Assembly (NCBI GenBank): GCA_047284725.1
Contig: JBJBEO010000001.1
Location: 1,016,203-1,080,202, forward strand
Direction of reading: 5' to 3'
Length of the DNA stretch: 64,000 nucleotides
DNA from: Synechococcus sp.
GTDB taxonomy: Bacteria > Cyanobacteriota > Cyanobacteriia > PCC-6307 > Cyanobiaceae
Part shown: one piece after another, positions 25,667 through 36,217 of the stretch
How the letters are laid out: each line of letters opens with the position of its first letter
Numbering within the stretch: the stretch's first letter is position 1
The notes under the pieces: model-generated
Databases searched by the model: none
What the model saw: only the letters and a program-made list of their open reading frames with translations
Told to the model about the DNA's origin: nothing
Made by a program: the position numbers and the translations under genes

Positions 25667-26371
25667 GTGGCGAAGGAACTGACCCATCGCGCCGATGAAC
25701 TCCAGGCCCTCGGTTGGTCTGCTGAGGATGTGGCCCGTTACGCCGAGCTCTGGGACTACCGCCAGCGCTGGGGTGCGATGAATCTCGAGCGGGAGGATCG
25801 CCTTTTTCTGCGCAAGGCCGAAGCGGCTCTTCCCGCGATTGTCACCGGCAAAGCTGCAGCCAAAAAAGGGATCCGCGAGAAGTCCTATTACCGCTGGCTG
25901 CAGTTCCACCTCGATGCGATGACGGAGGCCGAGCAGCACTTTGCCTTGCAGGACGGCTCCCGTGGCGCCTGGGCGATCCTTCTGGATGAAGAACTGCGCT
26001 TGCTGGATTACTACCAGCCTGTGCTTGGTCTGCCCGACACCCTCAAAGCCAAAGCCTTGGATGCAGTGCGTTCGGAGATGGCCGCAGATGCGGTGTCATT
26101 GGCTTCCGACGGCGGCTCCCTGCAGCAGTACGACTTCAAGGCAGCGCTCGACGCTCTCAAAGCTCAGGAGAACAACCGGTGGCGTCACCTTCTGGATCAG
26201 GACGGTTCCCAGCCCTACCCGGTGCTCAGCGGAGCCACTGCCACCAGCTTCCGCCAGCAAGTTCGAACCCGTCTTGGCGCTCTCGTTCGCGAGACCTTGC
26301 CTTCCCTGGTGGATACCGAGAAGCCGATCCCTGCAGACGACTGGGTCCGTCCCGTCGAAGCCGACAGCTAG
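25667..26371 (+). CDS. Hypothetical protein
   Basis: 234-aa ORF with strong coding bias, co-directional with metY. Confidence 0.75.
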   Translation: MAKELTHRADELQALGWSAEDVARYAELWDYRQRWGAMNLEREDRLFLRKAEAALPAIVTGKAAAKKGIREKSYYRWLQFHLDAMTEAEQHFALQDGSRGAWAILLDEELRLLDYYQPVLGLPDTLKAKALDAVRSEMAADAVSLASDGGSLQQYDFKAALDALKAQENNRWRHLLDQDGSQPYPVLSGATATSFRQQVRTRLGALVRETLPSLVDTEKPIPADDWVRPVEADS

Positions 26372-26391
26372 AACTGGGACAGGACGCCTGA

Positions 26392-27726
<1,335 letters not shown>

Positions 27727-27747
27727 GACTTCGAAGTCTGTTCCTTC

Positions 27748-28641
27748 ATGGCTCTGATTCTTCCGCGCAACTATCACAAAATCGCTGCGGTTGAACGCAA
27801 CCGGATTTCCTGGATTGAGCCCGATCTGGCTGAACGTCAGGACATCCGGCCCTTGCGCATTGGCATCCTCAATATCATGCCGCTGGGTAAGCAGTACGAG
27901 TTCAATCTGCTGCACCCGCTTGGCTTATCCCCTCTGCAGATTGAGCCGATTTGGATTCGTCTCACCAGCCATTCGTACAAAACCTGGGACAACAGCCATC
28001 TGGATCAGCTCTATGTCACCTGGGAGGAAGCCACAGCGCATGCACCCCTCGATGGGCTGATCATCACCGGTGCTCCGGTTGAGCATCTGCCGTTTGAGCA
28101 GGTCAACTACTGGGCAGAGCTGGTGGAGTTGATCGATGATGCCCGGCGCACCTGCGCCAGCACGCTTGGCTTGTGTTGGGCGGGGTTTGCTCTGGCTTAT
28201 CTGGCTGGTGTCGACAAGCTGCCCTTCGCGCAGAAGTTGTTCGGCGTTTACCCGATGCGAAGTCTTGTGCCTGGACACCCTTTGATGGGGACGCAAGACG
28301 ACGTGTTTGTGTGTCCCCAGAGCCGCCATGCCGGCTTGCCAGAAGCAGCGATGGAAGCAGCACAGCGGCAGGGCCGGTTGCGTCTTCTCGCCCATGGAGA
28401 AGAGGTTGGTTACACAATTTTTGAAACCACAGATCAACGCCAGTTGATGCATCTCGGGCATCCTGAATACAACGCCGGCAGAATTCTGGAAGAGATGGAA
28501 CGTGATAAAGCCAGAGGTGATGTGCCCCCTCCGGAGAACTTTGATCCCGATCAAGCCCAAACCCTCTGGCGATCCCATCGCAACCTGCTGTTTCAACAGT
28601 GGGTGTGGTTCTGCTATCAGCGGGTCAGCTTGAATGCCTGA
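27748..28641 (+). CDS. metA: Homoserine O-acyltransferase, MetA family (likely acetyl-specific)
   Basis: QDIRPLRIGILNIMP, DGLIITGAPVE, LCWA, PQSRH, GHPEY. Confidence 0.93.
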   Translation: MALILPRNYHKIAAVERNRISWIEPDLAERQDIRPLRIGILNIMPLGKQYEFNLLHPLGLSPLQIEPIWIRLTSHSYKTWDNSHLDQLYVTWEEATAHAPLDGLIITGAPVEHLPFEQVNYWAELVELIDDARRTCASTLGLCWAGFALAYLAGVDKLPFAQKLFGVYPMRSLVPGHPLMGTQDDVFVCPQSRHAGLPEAAMEAAQRQGRLRLLAHGEEVGYTIFETTDQRQLMHLGHPEYNAGRILEEMERDKARGDVPPPENFDPDQAQTLWRSHRNLLFQQWVWFCYQRVSLNA

Positions 28642-28654
28642 TGAATGCACAGAT

Positions 28655-28690
28655 GCAATGTGCGGTTGATGTGTATCTCCCGCACATTGC
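28655..28690 (+). terminator. Strong hairpin just after metA (terminator-like, weak U tract)
   Basis: GCAATGTGCGG-N14-CCGCACATTGC, a perfect 11-bp stem. Confidence 0.45.
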
Positions 28691-28891
28691 TGCTCTCAAG
28701 GCCAGAGGACTGTGTTCAAAGCTGAGTTGGATTGAGTGGCTCGAACGATGAGCTTCATCAGGGCTGATTCCTTCAAGCTTTGTTGAGCCCATTTTTTCCT
28801 GGATTAGTCCTGTGGCCAAGGCTCCAGATGTTGTTATTGACCTGTCCGCCTGAATAATGATAGAAATGGGCAGAAGCACGCTAAGCATTTC

Positions 28892-29182
28892 ATGTACGTC
28901 ACCTGCGTTCACGTCAAGGTTAAAGCAGATCACGTCGCCGAATTCATTCAAGCGTCAGAAAAGAACCATGCTTGCTCTATTAAAGAGTCCGGTAATTGCC
29001 GGTTTGATGTACTGCAAAGTCTTGATGATCCAACGATCTTTGTTTTGTACGAAGCCTATGCATCCAAGGCTGATGCCGCAGCACACAAGGAGACGGAGCA
29101 TTATCTGAAATGGCGAGAGACCGTTGCGGATTGGATGGCGGAGCCGAGAAATGGAATTTCCTACAATTCAGTAGCGCCTTGA
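28892..29182 (+). CDS. ABM-family protein, LsrG/quinol-monooxygenase-like
   Basis: VHVKVK...ESGNCRFDVLQ...FVLYEAY...AAAHKETEHYLKWRETVADWMAEPR. Confidence 0.85.
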   Translation: MYVTCVHVKVKADHVAEFIQASEKNHACSIKESGNCRFDVLQSLDDPTIFVLYEAYASKADAAAHKETEHYLKWRETVADWMAEPRNGISYNSVAP

Positions 29183-29204
29183 TCGCTGATCTTCTGAATA
29201 GCTG

Positions 29205-30389
29205 ATGGGATTGTCTTTCTCGTTGTCTCGAATACCCACAATTCACTGTGGAACAGGCATTCTCGACAACATCACCGATTGGCTGGTCGGGCGACATGCA
29301 AAGTTTGTCCTGCTGGTCACCGGCTCGTCCTCGCTTGAAAGGCATGGACATCTGGGCAGAGTCCGGCATTTAATCTCCAACTCGGGAGCCACTTTTGAGC
29401 ATATCCAAAGTCAAGGCGAACCCGGCTCGGATTTTGTTGATGCTGTTTCGCAACGACTTCATTCGCAGAAGCTGGATGCGGTGATCGCTGTTGGAGGAGG
29501 CAGTGCCATTGATCTGGGGAAGGCCTTGGCGGCAATGATTCCTGTTGGAAATTCAGTCCTGGATCATCTTGAGGGGGTTGGAAAAGGAATCAGCCATGGC
29601 GGCGAGATGCTTCCCTATCTGGCGATCCCTACAACCTCTGGAACCGGTGGTGAGGTCTCTAAAAATGCTGTTTTAAGTCAGGTTGGAGTTGATGGATACA
29701 AGAAATCATTGAGGCATGAAAATTTCATTCCTCATGCTGTCATTTTAGACAGTGACTTGCTGATCGAGACTGAGCCCGAGATAACGGCTGCGTGCGGAAT
29801 GGATGCCTTGACGCAACTCCTGGAACCCTATTTTTCTGATCTGGCATCTCCAATCACCGATGCCATCGTTTGGAGCGGACTGGAGTCATTGGTGCCAAAC
29901 CTGCTGGCTGCGTGTGGTGATGGAGCGGGACGTCACGACGTACGACTGGCGATGGCGTATGGAGCTCTTTGTTCCGGGATCGGCCTGGCAAACGCGGGGC
30001 TCGGCATTGTTCATGGTCTAGCGGGGCCTATCGGTGGCTGGTTTGATATCCCTCATGGGGTGATCTGTGGCACGTTGATTGGTTCGGCTCAACGGCAGAA
30101 TTGGTTGGCCATTCAGGATCGCGCGCCTCACCATCCGGTGATCAGGCGAATGGCACGGGTTGGCAGCTTGATGCCAGGCGCTGAAGCGATCAAGGATGAG
30201 TTTCAGCTTGTTGAGCACCTGACCACCAAGCTTGAGCAATGGGTTGATGCTCTTGCCATTCCACGACTTGGTGTCTTCGGGTTGAAATCCGAAGATCTGG
30301 ATCGTCTTGTTCTTGCGGCCAGTAATCGCAACAATCCAATTCAACTGTCAGCGACAGAGATCAGATGTTTGCTGGAAAGGCGCCTCTAA
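29205..30389 (+). CDS. Iron-containing alcohol dehydrogenase
   Basis: AVGGGSAIDLGK, IPTTSGTGGEVS, GMDALTQ, GLGIVHGLA, IPHG. Confidence 0.92.
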   Translation: MGLSFSLSRIPTIHCGTGILDNITDWLVGRHAKFVLLVTGSSSLERHGHLGRVRHLISNSGATFEHIQSQGEPGSDFVDAVSQRLHSQKLDAVIAVGGGSAIDLGKALAAMIPVGNSVLDHLEGVGKGISHGGEMLPYLAIPTTSGTGGEVSKNAVLSQVGVDGYKKSLRHENFIPHAVILDSDLLIETEPEITAACGMDALTQLLEPYFSDLASPITDAIVWSGLESLVPNLLAACGDGAGRHDVRLAMAYGALCSGIGLANAGLGIVHGLAGPIGGWFDIPHGVICGTLIGSAQRQNWLAIQDRAPHHPVIRRMARVGSLMPGAEAIKDEFQLVEHLTTKLEQWVDALAIPRLGVFGLKSEDLDRLVLAASNRNNPIQLSATEIRCLLERRL

Positions 30390-30549
30390 CCTGGACGTCA
30401 CGATTGATTGAGCTCGTGTTGAGGTTTCGGCTCTGGGCGATTGATCTTTCAGATCATGCAAAATCACTTGCTTTTCTTGAGGTGGCAAGTTCCTGACAGC
30501 GCCGACTCTGATTGCCCGGCGCTGCAGCTTTCTTCCTTGCGATGCAAGA

Positions 30550-30906
30550 CTAGTGTCGAAAGCCTTTTTCAACCTTGAACAAAACGGGGCTTAGCGGAGC
30601 GACTTGTTCCTGCATGGCGGCAAGTTGCTGTTCGGTGCCATGAATTTCAAGTCGTTCAAGTTTGGCGTACTCAAGGGCTTCCTTCAGTTCGTCGCCAACA
30701 TTGTTGAGGTGATGCAATGCCGATTCGGCATCGCTATAGCTTTCGCGGCAGAAGGCTCTGTCCCCTGAGAAGGAAAATCCATAGTTCAAGCATCCTTTTT
30801 CTTCCAAGGTTTTGGCAATCATTTTGTCGCACACGGCTCTGAACTGATCGCCGCACCCTGGGTTGATGAGAAAGTAAGGATGAATGGAAACGGATTGATC
30901 GTTCAT
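30550..30906 (-). CDS. ABM-fold (putative monooxygenase) protein
   Basis: EEKGCLNYGFS...FCRESYSDAESALHHL...LEIHG. Confidence 0.7.
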   Translation of the reverse strand: MNDQSVSIHPYFLINPGCGDQFRAVCDKMIAKTLEEKGCLNYGFSFSGDRAFCRESYSDAESALHHLNNVGDELKEALEYAKLERLEIHGTEQQLAAMQEQVAPLSPVLFKVEKGFRH

Positions 30907-31165
30907 CTGTCGATTGCCGACTTTAAAGATTCATCATTCTATCATTTTAGTGTCTCCGTTCTTTCTGCCATGCCTGTGGTCTTCGTGTTCGATGCATTGG
31001 TGATAACAAAACGCGTCATGGAATCGTTGAAGACTCGGGTAGACATTCTCAAGTCTGCCGCTGCCGCATGGCCGCCATTCCCGCATCGACCTATTAGCCA
31101 ATTCGGCGGAAGGACCTGACAACCAGGTGATGCGTGGTCAGTGTGTGTGTTTGCACTCTTTGAGA

Positions 31166-31462
31166 ATGCTTCGCCTCCGTTCGGCCCTCGCTGTGACCTT
31201 CGCTGCAGCACAGGTCAGCCTTCTCTCCTCCCTGCCAGGGCAAGCCCACAATCACGACCATCACCACAACCACCACCATGGTGATCATTACGTCTGCGCC
31301 ATCGGTTATCACTTCGCAGGCAACGGTCGTTGTGTCCGGAATGGTCCTTGGTGGACTGGTCGTCGACCTGTCGAATGGGGACCCTATTACGAGCCTCGAC
31401 GGAAGTCTGGCAGCGTCTCTTTTGAGGGCCCGAACGGAGGCGAGATCAAATTGAGGTGGTGA
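31166..31462 (+). CDS. Small secreted His-rich protein
   Basis: Signal peptide ending PGQA, then HNHDHHHNHHHGDH, CAIGYHFAGNGRC, C-terminal W. Confidence 0.65.
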   Translation: MLRLRSALAVTFAAAQVSLLSSLPGQAHNHDHHHNHHHGDHYVCAIGYHFAGNGRCVRNGPWWTGRRPVEWGPYYEPRRKSGSVSFEGPNGGEIKLRW

Positions 31463-31588
31463 CCAGTTTGCAGTTGAATTTCTGATGCCGGTTTGATGAC
31501 AGCCCCGTGTCGTTTCCTCATTCCATTGGGTTGAGGTCAGCGCGGTGCTGTTACCCCTGGCTGAACTTGATTCACCTCAACAGAGATC

Positions 31589-31771
31589 TTGATGAAGTCA
31601 TACCTCAAGGCGCTTAAGGCAGGCCTCCAAGAGCCGATCCCGCTCTGGGAGCTGCCAGTTCTGCTCGCCATCGCGGTGATCGATTTCACAGTTGGGCTTG
31701 GCTGGCTCAGATATCTCTTCATCGCGGCTGTGGTCTGGTCACTGGTCGCGGTTGCGAAAAAACGTCACTAA
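31589..31771 (+). CDS. Small membrane protein
   Basis: 60 aa, two hydrophobic segments, basic C-terminus. Confidence 0.5.
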   Translation: MMKSYLKALKAGLQEPIPLWELPVLLAIAVIDFTVGLGWLRYLFIAAVVWSLVAVAKKRH

Positions 31772-31924
31772 TACTTTTGGTCCGTTGCTCCCCCGCGGGC
31801 AGCGCGGCTGCCAAAGGCTCCGTCCCATGCACGACCCCACCAGCTACGGCTGGTGGAGCGATGTGGCAATCACATCAGGCCATCATTGCAACCGTGACCT
31901 CGCCTCGATCGCTGTCACTTCGTG

Positions 31925-32230
31925 TCAAGCGCTGGGAACCTTCGTTGGTGGCGAGGAGCGCGTCACCACTGATCGGAGAACTTCGCTGGGTCGATTCAGT
32001 TCACGTTCCAGACATTCAATCCGCTTTTCACGCAAACAGTGGCGGCAGCCTCCGGTGGTTTGCAGGTGCTTTTCTGGGGTGATGCAGATCTGCTGCACGG
32101 GATGCTTGCGGCAGCGAATCTTGATCGGGCTCTTGTAGCTGCGGTAATGAATCTCGCTGTAATCAAAACGGTCACCAAAACGCTGTTTGGCTCGTTCCAG
32201 AAACAAGTCTTTGGTGATCCGTGCTCCCAT
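31925..32230 (-). CDS. Hypothetical protein with DUF723-like Cys/His module
   Basis: FLERAKQRFGDRFDYSEIHY...IKIRCRKH...TPEKHL...GCRHC. Confidence 0.65.
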   Translation of the reverse strand: MGARITKDLFLERAKQRFGDRFDYSEIHYRSYKSPIKIRCRKHPVQQICITPEKHLQTTGGCRHCLREKRIECLERELNRPSEVLRSVVTRSSPPTKVPSA

Positions 32231-32283
32231 GGCCCGAATCTATGGGCCGGACCCCACTGATCCCAATGAGATGTAGTGCCTTG

Positions 32284-33888
32284 TTACGCGCTGGGTGGTG
32301 GATTGAGGTGCTGTTGTAAAGCCTCCTGCACAGAAGCCAGTGGCGTCGATTCATCGACCTGCACCGTGCGTGCCCTCTCGTGGGCATTGAGTGGTTCCAG
32401 CCAGTGTTGTTGTTGTTGCCTCACGCTGAAGTCGGCTTCTGAGGGGTCCTCGCCGCATTGCGCGCGTCGTGACAAACGCTCAAGGGCGGTGTCGTCGGAG
32501 CAGCTGCAGTGCACGATCGCTGCCTTTCGATTGAGCCGAGCGGACAAATCCAGCATGGTTTGCCTCTCGTGCTGACGCAGGAACGTGGCATCCAGAATCA
32601 CGGGGTAGCCGCTCATCAAGCAGCGTTCTGTGAGCATGGGTAGATGCTGATCGAACAGCCAGCGGCTGATCTCGGCGCGATACGGATCCCCTGTGAACCT
32701 GGCTGGTGCTGCGCCTGAGGGCGCAAAGGCACGAAGGCGTTCACGATCGGAACGGATCCGCACCGCCTCCAGGCTGATGCAGAGCCGCGCACTCAGGGTT
32801 GATTTACCGCTGCCGCTCAGGCCGTGCATCAGCACGAGACCTCCCGATGCAGGGGCCTCATTGCCAGAGGCGGTTTGCAGGTACCGGTTCAGGTCTCGCC
32901 GTAGGCGCTGCGTGGTGTGGTTCGACGGGGTTTGCTCCGCCTGCAGGGCGCACACCTTGGCGCGCACCATGGCGCGGTAGGCGTGATACCAGCGCCAGAG
33001 ATCCATGCCTGCATAGGCACCTGTGCATTCCAGCCAGGCATTGAGGGTTGTCATCGCCAGGGGCCTGGCGTTGTGCATCTGCAGGTCCATCACCAGGAAG
33101 GCCATTTCGCTGATCGGGTCGATCCAGCGCAGGTCGGGATTGAAGTCGATGGCATCGAATACCTCCAACTCCCCCTGGGAGGTGAAACGGATATTGCCGC
33201 AATGCAGATCACCGTGGCATTCACGGATCTCACCGTTCTGGTGGCGTGCTTCAAAACGTGCCGAGAGCTTTTGTTGTTGCTCCTGTGTCCATCGCCAATG
33301 CCGGTGCAGTTGTTCGCGCTGAGCGGGATCGCTGATCAGTCGATCCAGCACCGACAGGTTGGTGGAGACCGGTTCGCTTACCTGAGGGGGCGTTCCGAAG
33401 CTTTGTTCTCGTGAGGCGGCCGGCGCCTGCTGGTGAAATCGACCAAGGGACCAAGCCAGGTTGTTGAGTGCAGAGGCCTCGACGCTTCGCTGGGCCAATG
33501 TTGTGCTCAGCAGGTGTTCGGGCGGAAACTGACGCATCTTCACTGCCGCTTCAAGCATGCGTTGCCCCTGGGGCAGATGCAGGCTCTCAAGCATGCAGGC
33601 CTGCTCGACAGGGCCAATCACGGCCACAACCCCCAGATAGAGGTCGGCCGCCAGCCGTCGGTTGAGGCGTATCTCCTCGTGGCAGTAGTGCAGTCGTTGC
33701 TGCAGGGACGCCGCCTGCACGAAGCCCAGGTTGATCGGCTTCTTGATCTTGTAGGCGAAGGTTCCTGTGAGCAGAACCCAGGAGATATGCGTTTCGATCA
33801 GTTCCACCGTCTGCACGGGGTGGGGGTAGGCCTCAGGACGCATCAGGGCCTGGATCAGTGCTGGTGGCTCTGCAGTCGCGCCCATCAC
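32284..33888 (-). CDS. Bifunctional APH-like phosphotransferase / P-loop (AAA_33) kinase
   Basis: LIETHISWV, AYKIKKP, IRECHGDLHCGNI, FDAIDFN, HGLSGSGKST, ILDATF. Confidence 0.88.
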   Translation of the reverse strand: MMGATAEPPALIQALMRPEAYPHPVQTVELIETHISWVLLTGTFAYKIKKPINLGFVQAASLQQRLHYCHEEIRLNRRLAADLYLGVVAVIGPVEQACMLESLHLPQGQRMLEAAVKMRQFPPEHLLSTTLAQRSVEASALNNLAWSLGRFHQQAPAASREQSFGTPPQVSEPVSTNLSVLDRLISDPAQREQLHRHWRWTQEQQQKLSARFEARHQNGEIRECHGDLHCGNIRFTSQGELEVFDAIDFNPDLRWIDPISEMAFLVMDLQMHNARPLAMTTLNAWLECTGAYAGMDLWRWYHAYRAMVRAKVCALQAEQTPSNHTTQRLRRDLNRYLQTASGNEAPASGGLVLMHGLSGSGKSTLSARLCISLEAVRIRSDRERLRAFAPSGAAPARFTGDPYRAEISRWLFDQHLPMLTERCLMSGYPVILDATFLRQHERQTMLDLSARLNRKAAIVHCSCSDDTALERLSRRAQCGEDPSEADFSVRQQQQHWLEPLNAHERARTVQVDESTPLASVQEALQQHLNPPPSA

Positions 33889-33939
33889 GCATTGATCGCC
33901 TCAGCCTTCAGCATGGCGACAAGTCCGAGTGCCTGATTC

Positions 33940-34623
33940 ATGTCTGGCCTGCCCTGGAGCCACCACAGCGCCTGGTTGTCGCCCGCGGAGGCTTGCCGCT
34001 GGCAACAAGCTCTCACCGAGAAGCTGGTTTTTGATCAACCGCAGGTGTTGGTGTTCGGTCAACGCCATCTCACACCTCGGTTGGCTGCGTTTCTGGCGGA
34101 CCCTTCGGTGACTTACCGGTACAGCGGTGTCGAGCATCGGGGCCAGGGGTGGCCCGATTGGTTTGCGCCGTTGCTGCATCAAGTGAATGACCGTTGTGGC
34201 GTGTCGTTTAACGGATGTCTGTGCAATCTCTATCGCGACGGTCACGACCGGATGGGATGGCATGCCGACGATGAACCTGAAATCGACGCCAACCAGCCGA
34301 TCGCTTCCCTGTCACTGGGGGCGACCCGTTGTTTTCAGCTCCGTCGTCGTGATGGGTCCGATCGCCAGTCCCTGGACCTCGCTGATGGAGATCTGTTGGT
34401 GATGACCCCCCCTTGCCAGCAGGAATGGGTGCATGGCCTGCCCGTGCGCAAGCAGATCCGCACGGTCCGTCTCAATCTCACGTTCCGGGTGTTCAGAGTC
34501 CCTGCAGCACCATCCACCACATGGGAACACTCACCAAAGCCAACAGGGTGCTGCGAAGAATCAATCGAGCGGCCAGATCGGCATCTCGACCAGCATGCTC
34601 CGCCATCAGCAGGACGGAAATAG
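33940..34623 (+). CDS. alkB: Alpha-ketoglutarate-dependent dioxygenase, AlkB family
   Basis: YRYSG, NLYRDGHDRMGWHADDE, SLSLGATR, WVHG, RLNLTFR. Confidence 0.88.
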   Translation: MSGLPWSHHSAWLSPAEACRWQQALTEKLVFDQPQVLVFGQRHLTPRLAAFLADPSVTYRYSGVEHRGQGWPDWFAPLLHQVNDRCGVSFNGCLCNLYRDGHDRMGWHADDEPEIDANQPIASLSLGATRCFQLRRRDGSDRQSLDLADGDLLVMTPPCQQEWVHGLPVRKQIRTVRLNLTFRVFRVPAAPSTTWEHSPKPTGCCEESIERPDRHLDQHAPPSAGRK

Positions 34624-35476
34624 CTGCCGGAGCTGCCCCTTGCAGCACCAGGGCCTGACGACTCAGTGCCGTGATGGGGAGAAGGCTGCACACCATCCAG
34701 ACCCAGCAGGGAAAAAGCAGCAATTTACTGATCAGTGCCGCACGGATCTGCTTCGGTGGTGTGACTCTGGAGAGCAGGTCAGCCTTGGTTGGTTCCGCTG
34801 TCGCGTTCGTGTCTTGGCTCTCTGCCTGCGTGGATGGCAGAGCCCCAAGGCGCATGCCGACCACCACCAGGGCCAGCACAATCACAACTCGCGAGGGCAG
34901 CCATAACGCGGATGCGATGGCGTCGCTCCACGGGGTTGCCTGCACGATCCAGGCACCGACCAGCCCACGCGTGGCGGGGCTTGCTGCCACCTGCATCAGT
35001 AAATCCCTCACCACGGCTGGCTGCCCCCTGGCCTGATCGTTCTGGCGCTGTAACCAGAAGAGGCCAAGACTCCAGGCCAGCAGCGTGGCCCCAAGGTCGT
35101 AGCCGATGCTGATCGGCAAGGCCTCGGCCGGCAGCAGAGCCAGGGCGACGGGGATGCCGAAATAAGCTGTGTTCCCAAGGGCGCAGCCAATCTGGAGGGT
35201 GGGGCTGACCACCCTTTGCCAGGGTTTCGGCAGCTGCTGCATCACCAGCATCCAAAGGGCGATGGCCAGGGCTGCAGTGAGGGCCATGCCGGCCAGATTC
35301 CATGACAAGCCCCCTTTGAGCAGCAAGCCCATCACGCTCACGGGGACGCCGTAACGCACGAGGGGGGTGGCGAGCGGTCGTGTCCAGTGGGGCCTGGCCC
35401 TGCCGATCCAGAGTCCCAGTGCGAGCGAGGGGACTAATTCCGCGACCAGGCGGATGATGGGAGCAACGGGATGCAT
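34493..35476 (-). CDS. AEC-family (auxin efflux/malate permease-like) transporter
   Basis: GNTAYFGIPVALALL, VLQGAAPAA, many TM helices. Confidence 0.85.
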   Translation of the reverse strand: MHPVAPIIRLVAELVPSLALGLWIGRARPHWTRPLATPLVRYGVPVSVMGLLLKGGLSWNLAGMALTAALAIALWMLVMQQLPKPWQRVVSPTLQIGCALGNTAYFGIPVALALLPAEALPISIGYDLGATLLAWSLGLFWLQRQNDQARGQPAVVRDLLMQVAASPATRGLVGAWIVQATPWSDAIASALWLPSRVVIVLALVVVGMRLGALPSTQAESQDTNATAEPTKADLLSRVTPPKQIRAALISKLLLFPCWVWMVCSLLPITALSRQALVLQGAAPAAISVLLMAEHAGRDADLAARLILRSTLLALVSVPMWWMVLQGL

Positions 35477-35548
35477 CCTCGAAACAGTAAGCACAAACAC
35501 CGCTCTCGCCTTGTGCCAAAGTGGCTACTGTCTATTGATGGAATCGCT

Positions 35549-35758
35549 ATGGCTTTTGCTGCGGCGCCTTCGTGTTCGATTCCGCTGCGCGTTCTGCAGT
35601 TGCGTTCCTCTCTGCGCAGGCGGTTGGATCAGCTGCGGCTCAAGCTGTCGCATCAGGTGGAAACGCTTCCGTTTGGCAATGAAAGTTGGCTGCAGACGGA
35701 GAGAGAGTTGCTCGCCGCCGAGAAGGCTTTGCGTTCTCTTTCCATCGCGGATCGTTGA
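35549..35758 (+). CDS. Small hypothetical protein
   Basis: MAFAAAPSCS...LRRRLDQLRLKLSHQVETLPFGNESWLQTERELLAAEKAL. Confidence 0.65.
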   Translation: MAFAAAPSCSIPLRVLQLRSSLRRRLDQLRLKLSHQVETLPFGNESWLQTERELLAAEKALRSLSIADR

Positions 35759-35822
35759 TCGAGCGCTTCCCTTGCTTGATGTTTTCTGGGCGTTATAACA
35801 ATTTGGTTGCGTTTAACTTTTG

Positions 35823-36188
35823 ATGCTGACTGGTGCTGAGCTCCTCGCCAAGGTGAAGGAGATGGGGGATGCCTCGAAGACCGATCTGGCGACGGCTTGT
35901 GGCTATGTCTCCCAGAAAAAGGATGGCTCCGACCGCGTTAATTTCACGGCGTTTTATGAGGCTCTGCTCAACGCCAAGGGCATTGACCTGGGCAGTGGTG
36001 GTGCCGGCATTGGCAAGGCAGGTCGGAAGCTGTCCTACATTGCGAAGGTGCAAGGCAATGGCAATCTGTTGATCGGCAAGGCCTATACCGCCATGCTGGA
36101 TCTCAAGCCTGGTGACAATTTTGAAATCAAGCTTGGCCGTAAGGTGATTCGTCTTGTTCCCGAAGGAGGCCTTGACGGCGAGGAGTGA
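35823..36188 (+). CDS. Picocyanobacterial AbrB-like transcriptional regulator
   Basis: MLTGAELLAKVK, ACGY, FTAFYEALLNAKG, GRKLSYIAKVQGNGNLLIGKAYT. Confidence 0.9.
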   Translation: MLTGAELLAKVKEMGDASKTDLATACGYVSQKKDGSDRVNFTAFYEALLNAKGIDLGSGGAGIGKAGRKLSYIAKVQGNGNLLIGKAYTAMLDLKPGDNFEIKLGRKVIRLVPEGGLDGEE

Positions 36189-36217
36189 TCGTTGTGTTCG
36201 ATCAAGCTTGAGGCGAT

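Noticed and set aside
28641..28751. 36-aa ORF overlapping the metA stop (MNAQMQCAV...)
   Set aside because: Short, has no motif and coincides with a hairpin; no support for translation
35487..35500. GTA-N8-CAC as an NtcA site
   Set aside because: One mismatch from consensus and no clear associated promoter; expected by chance
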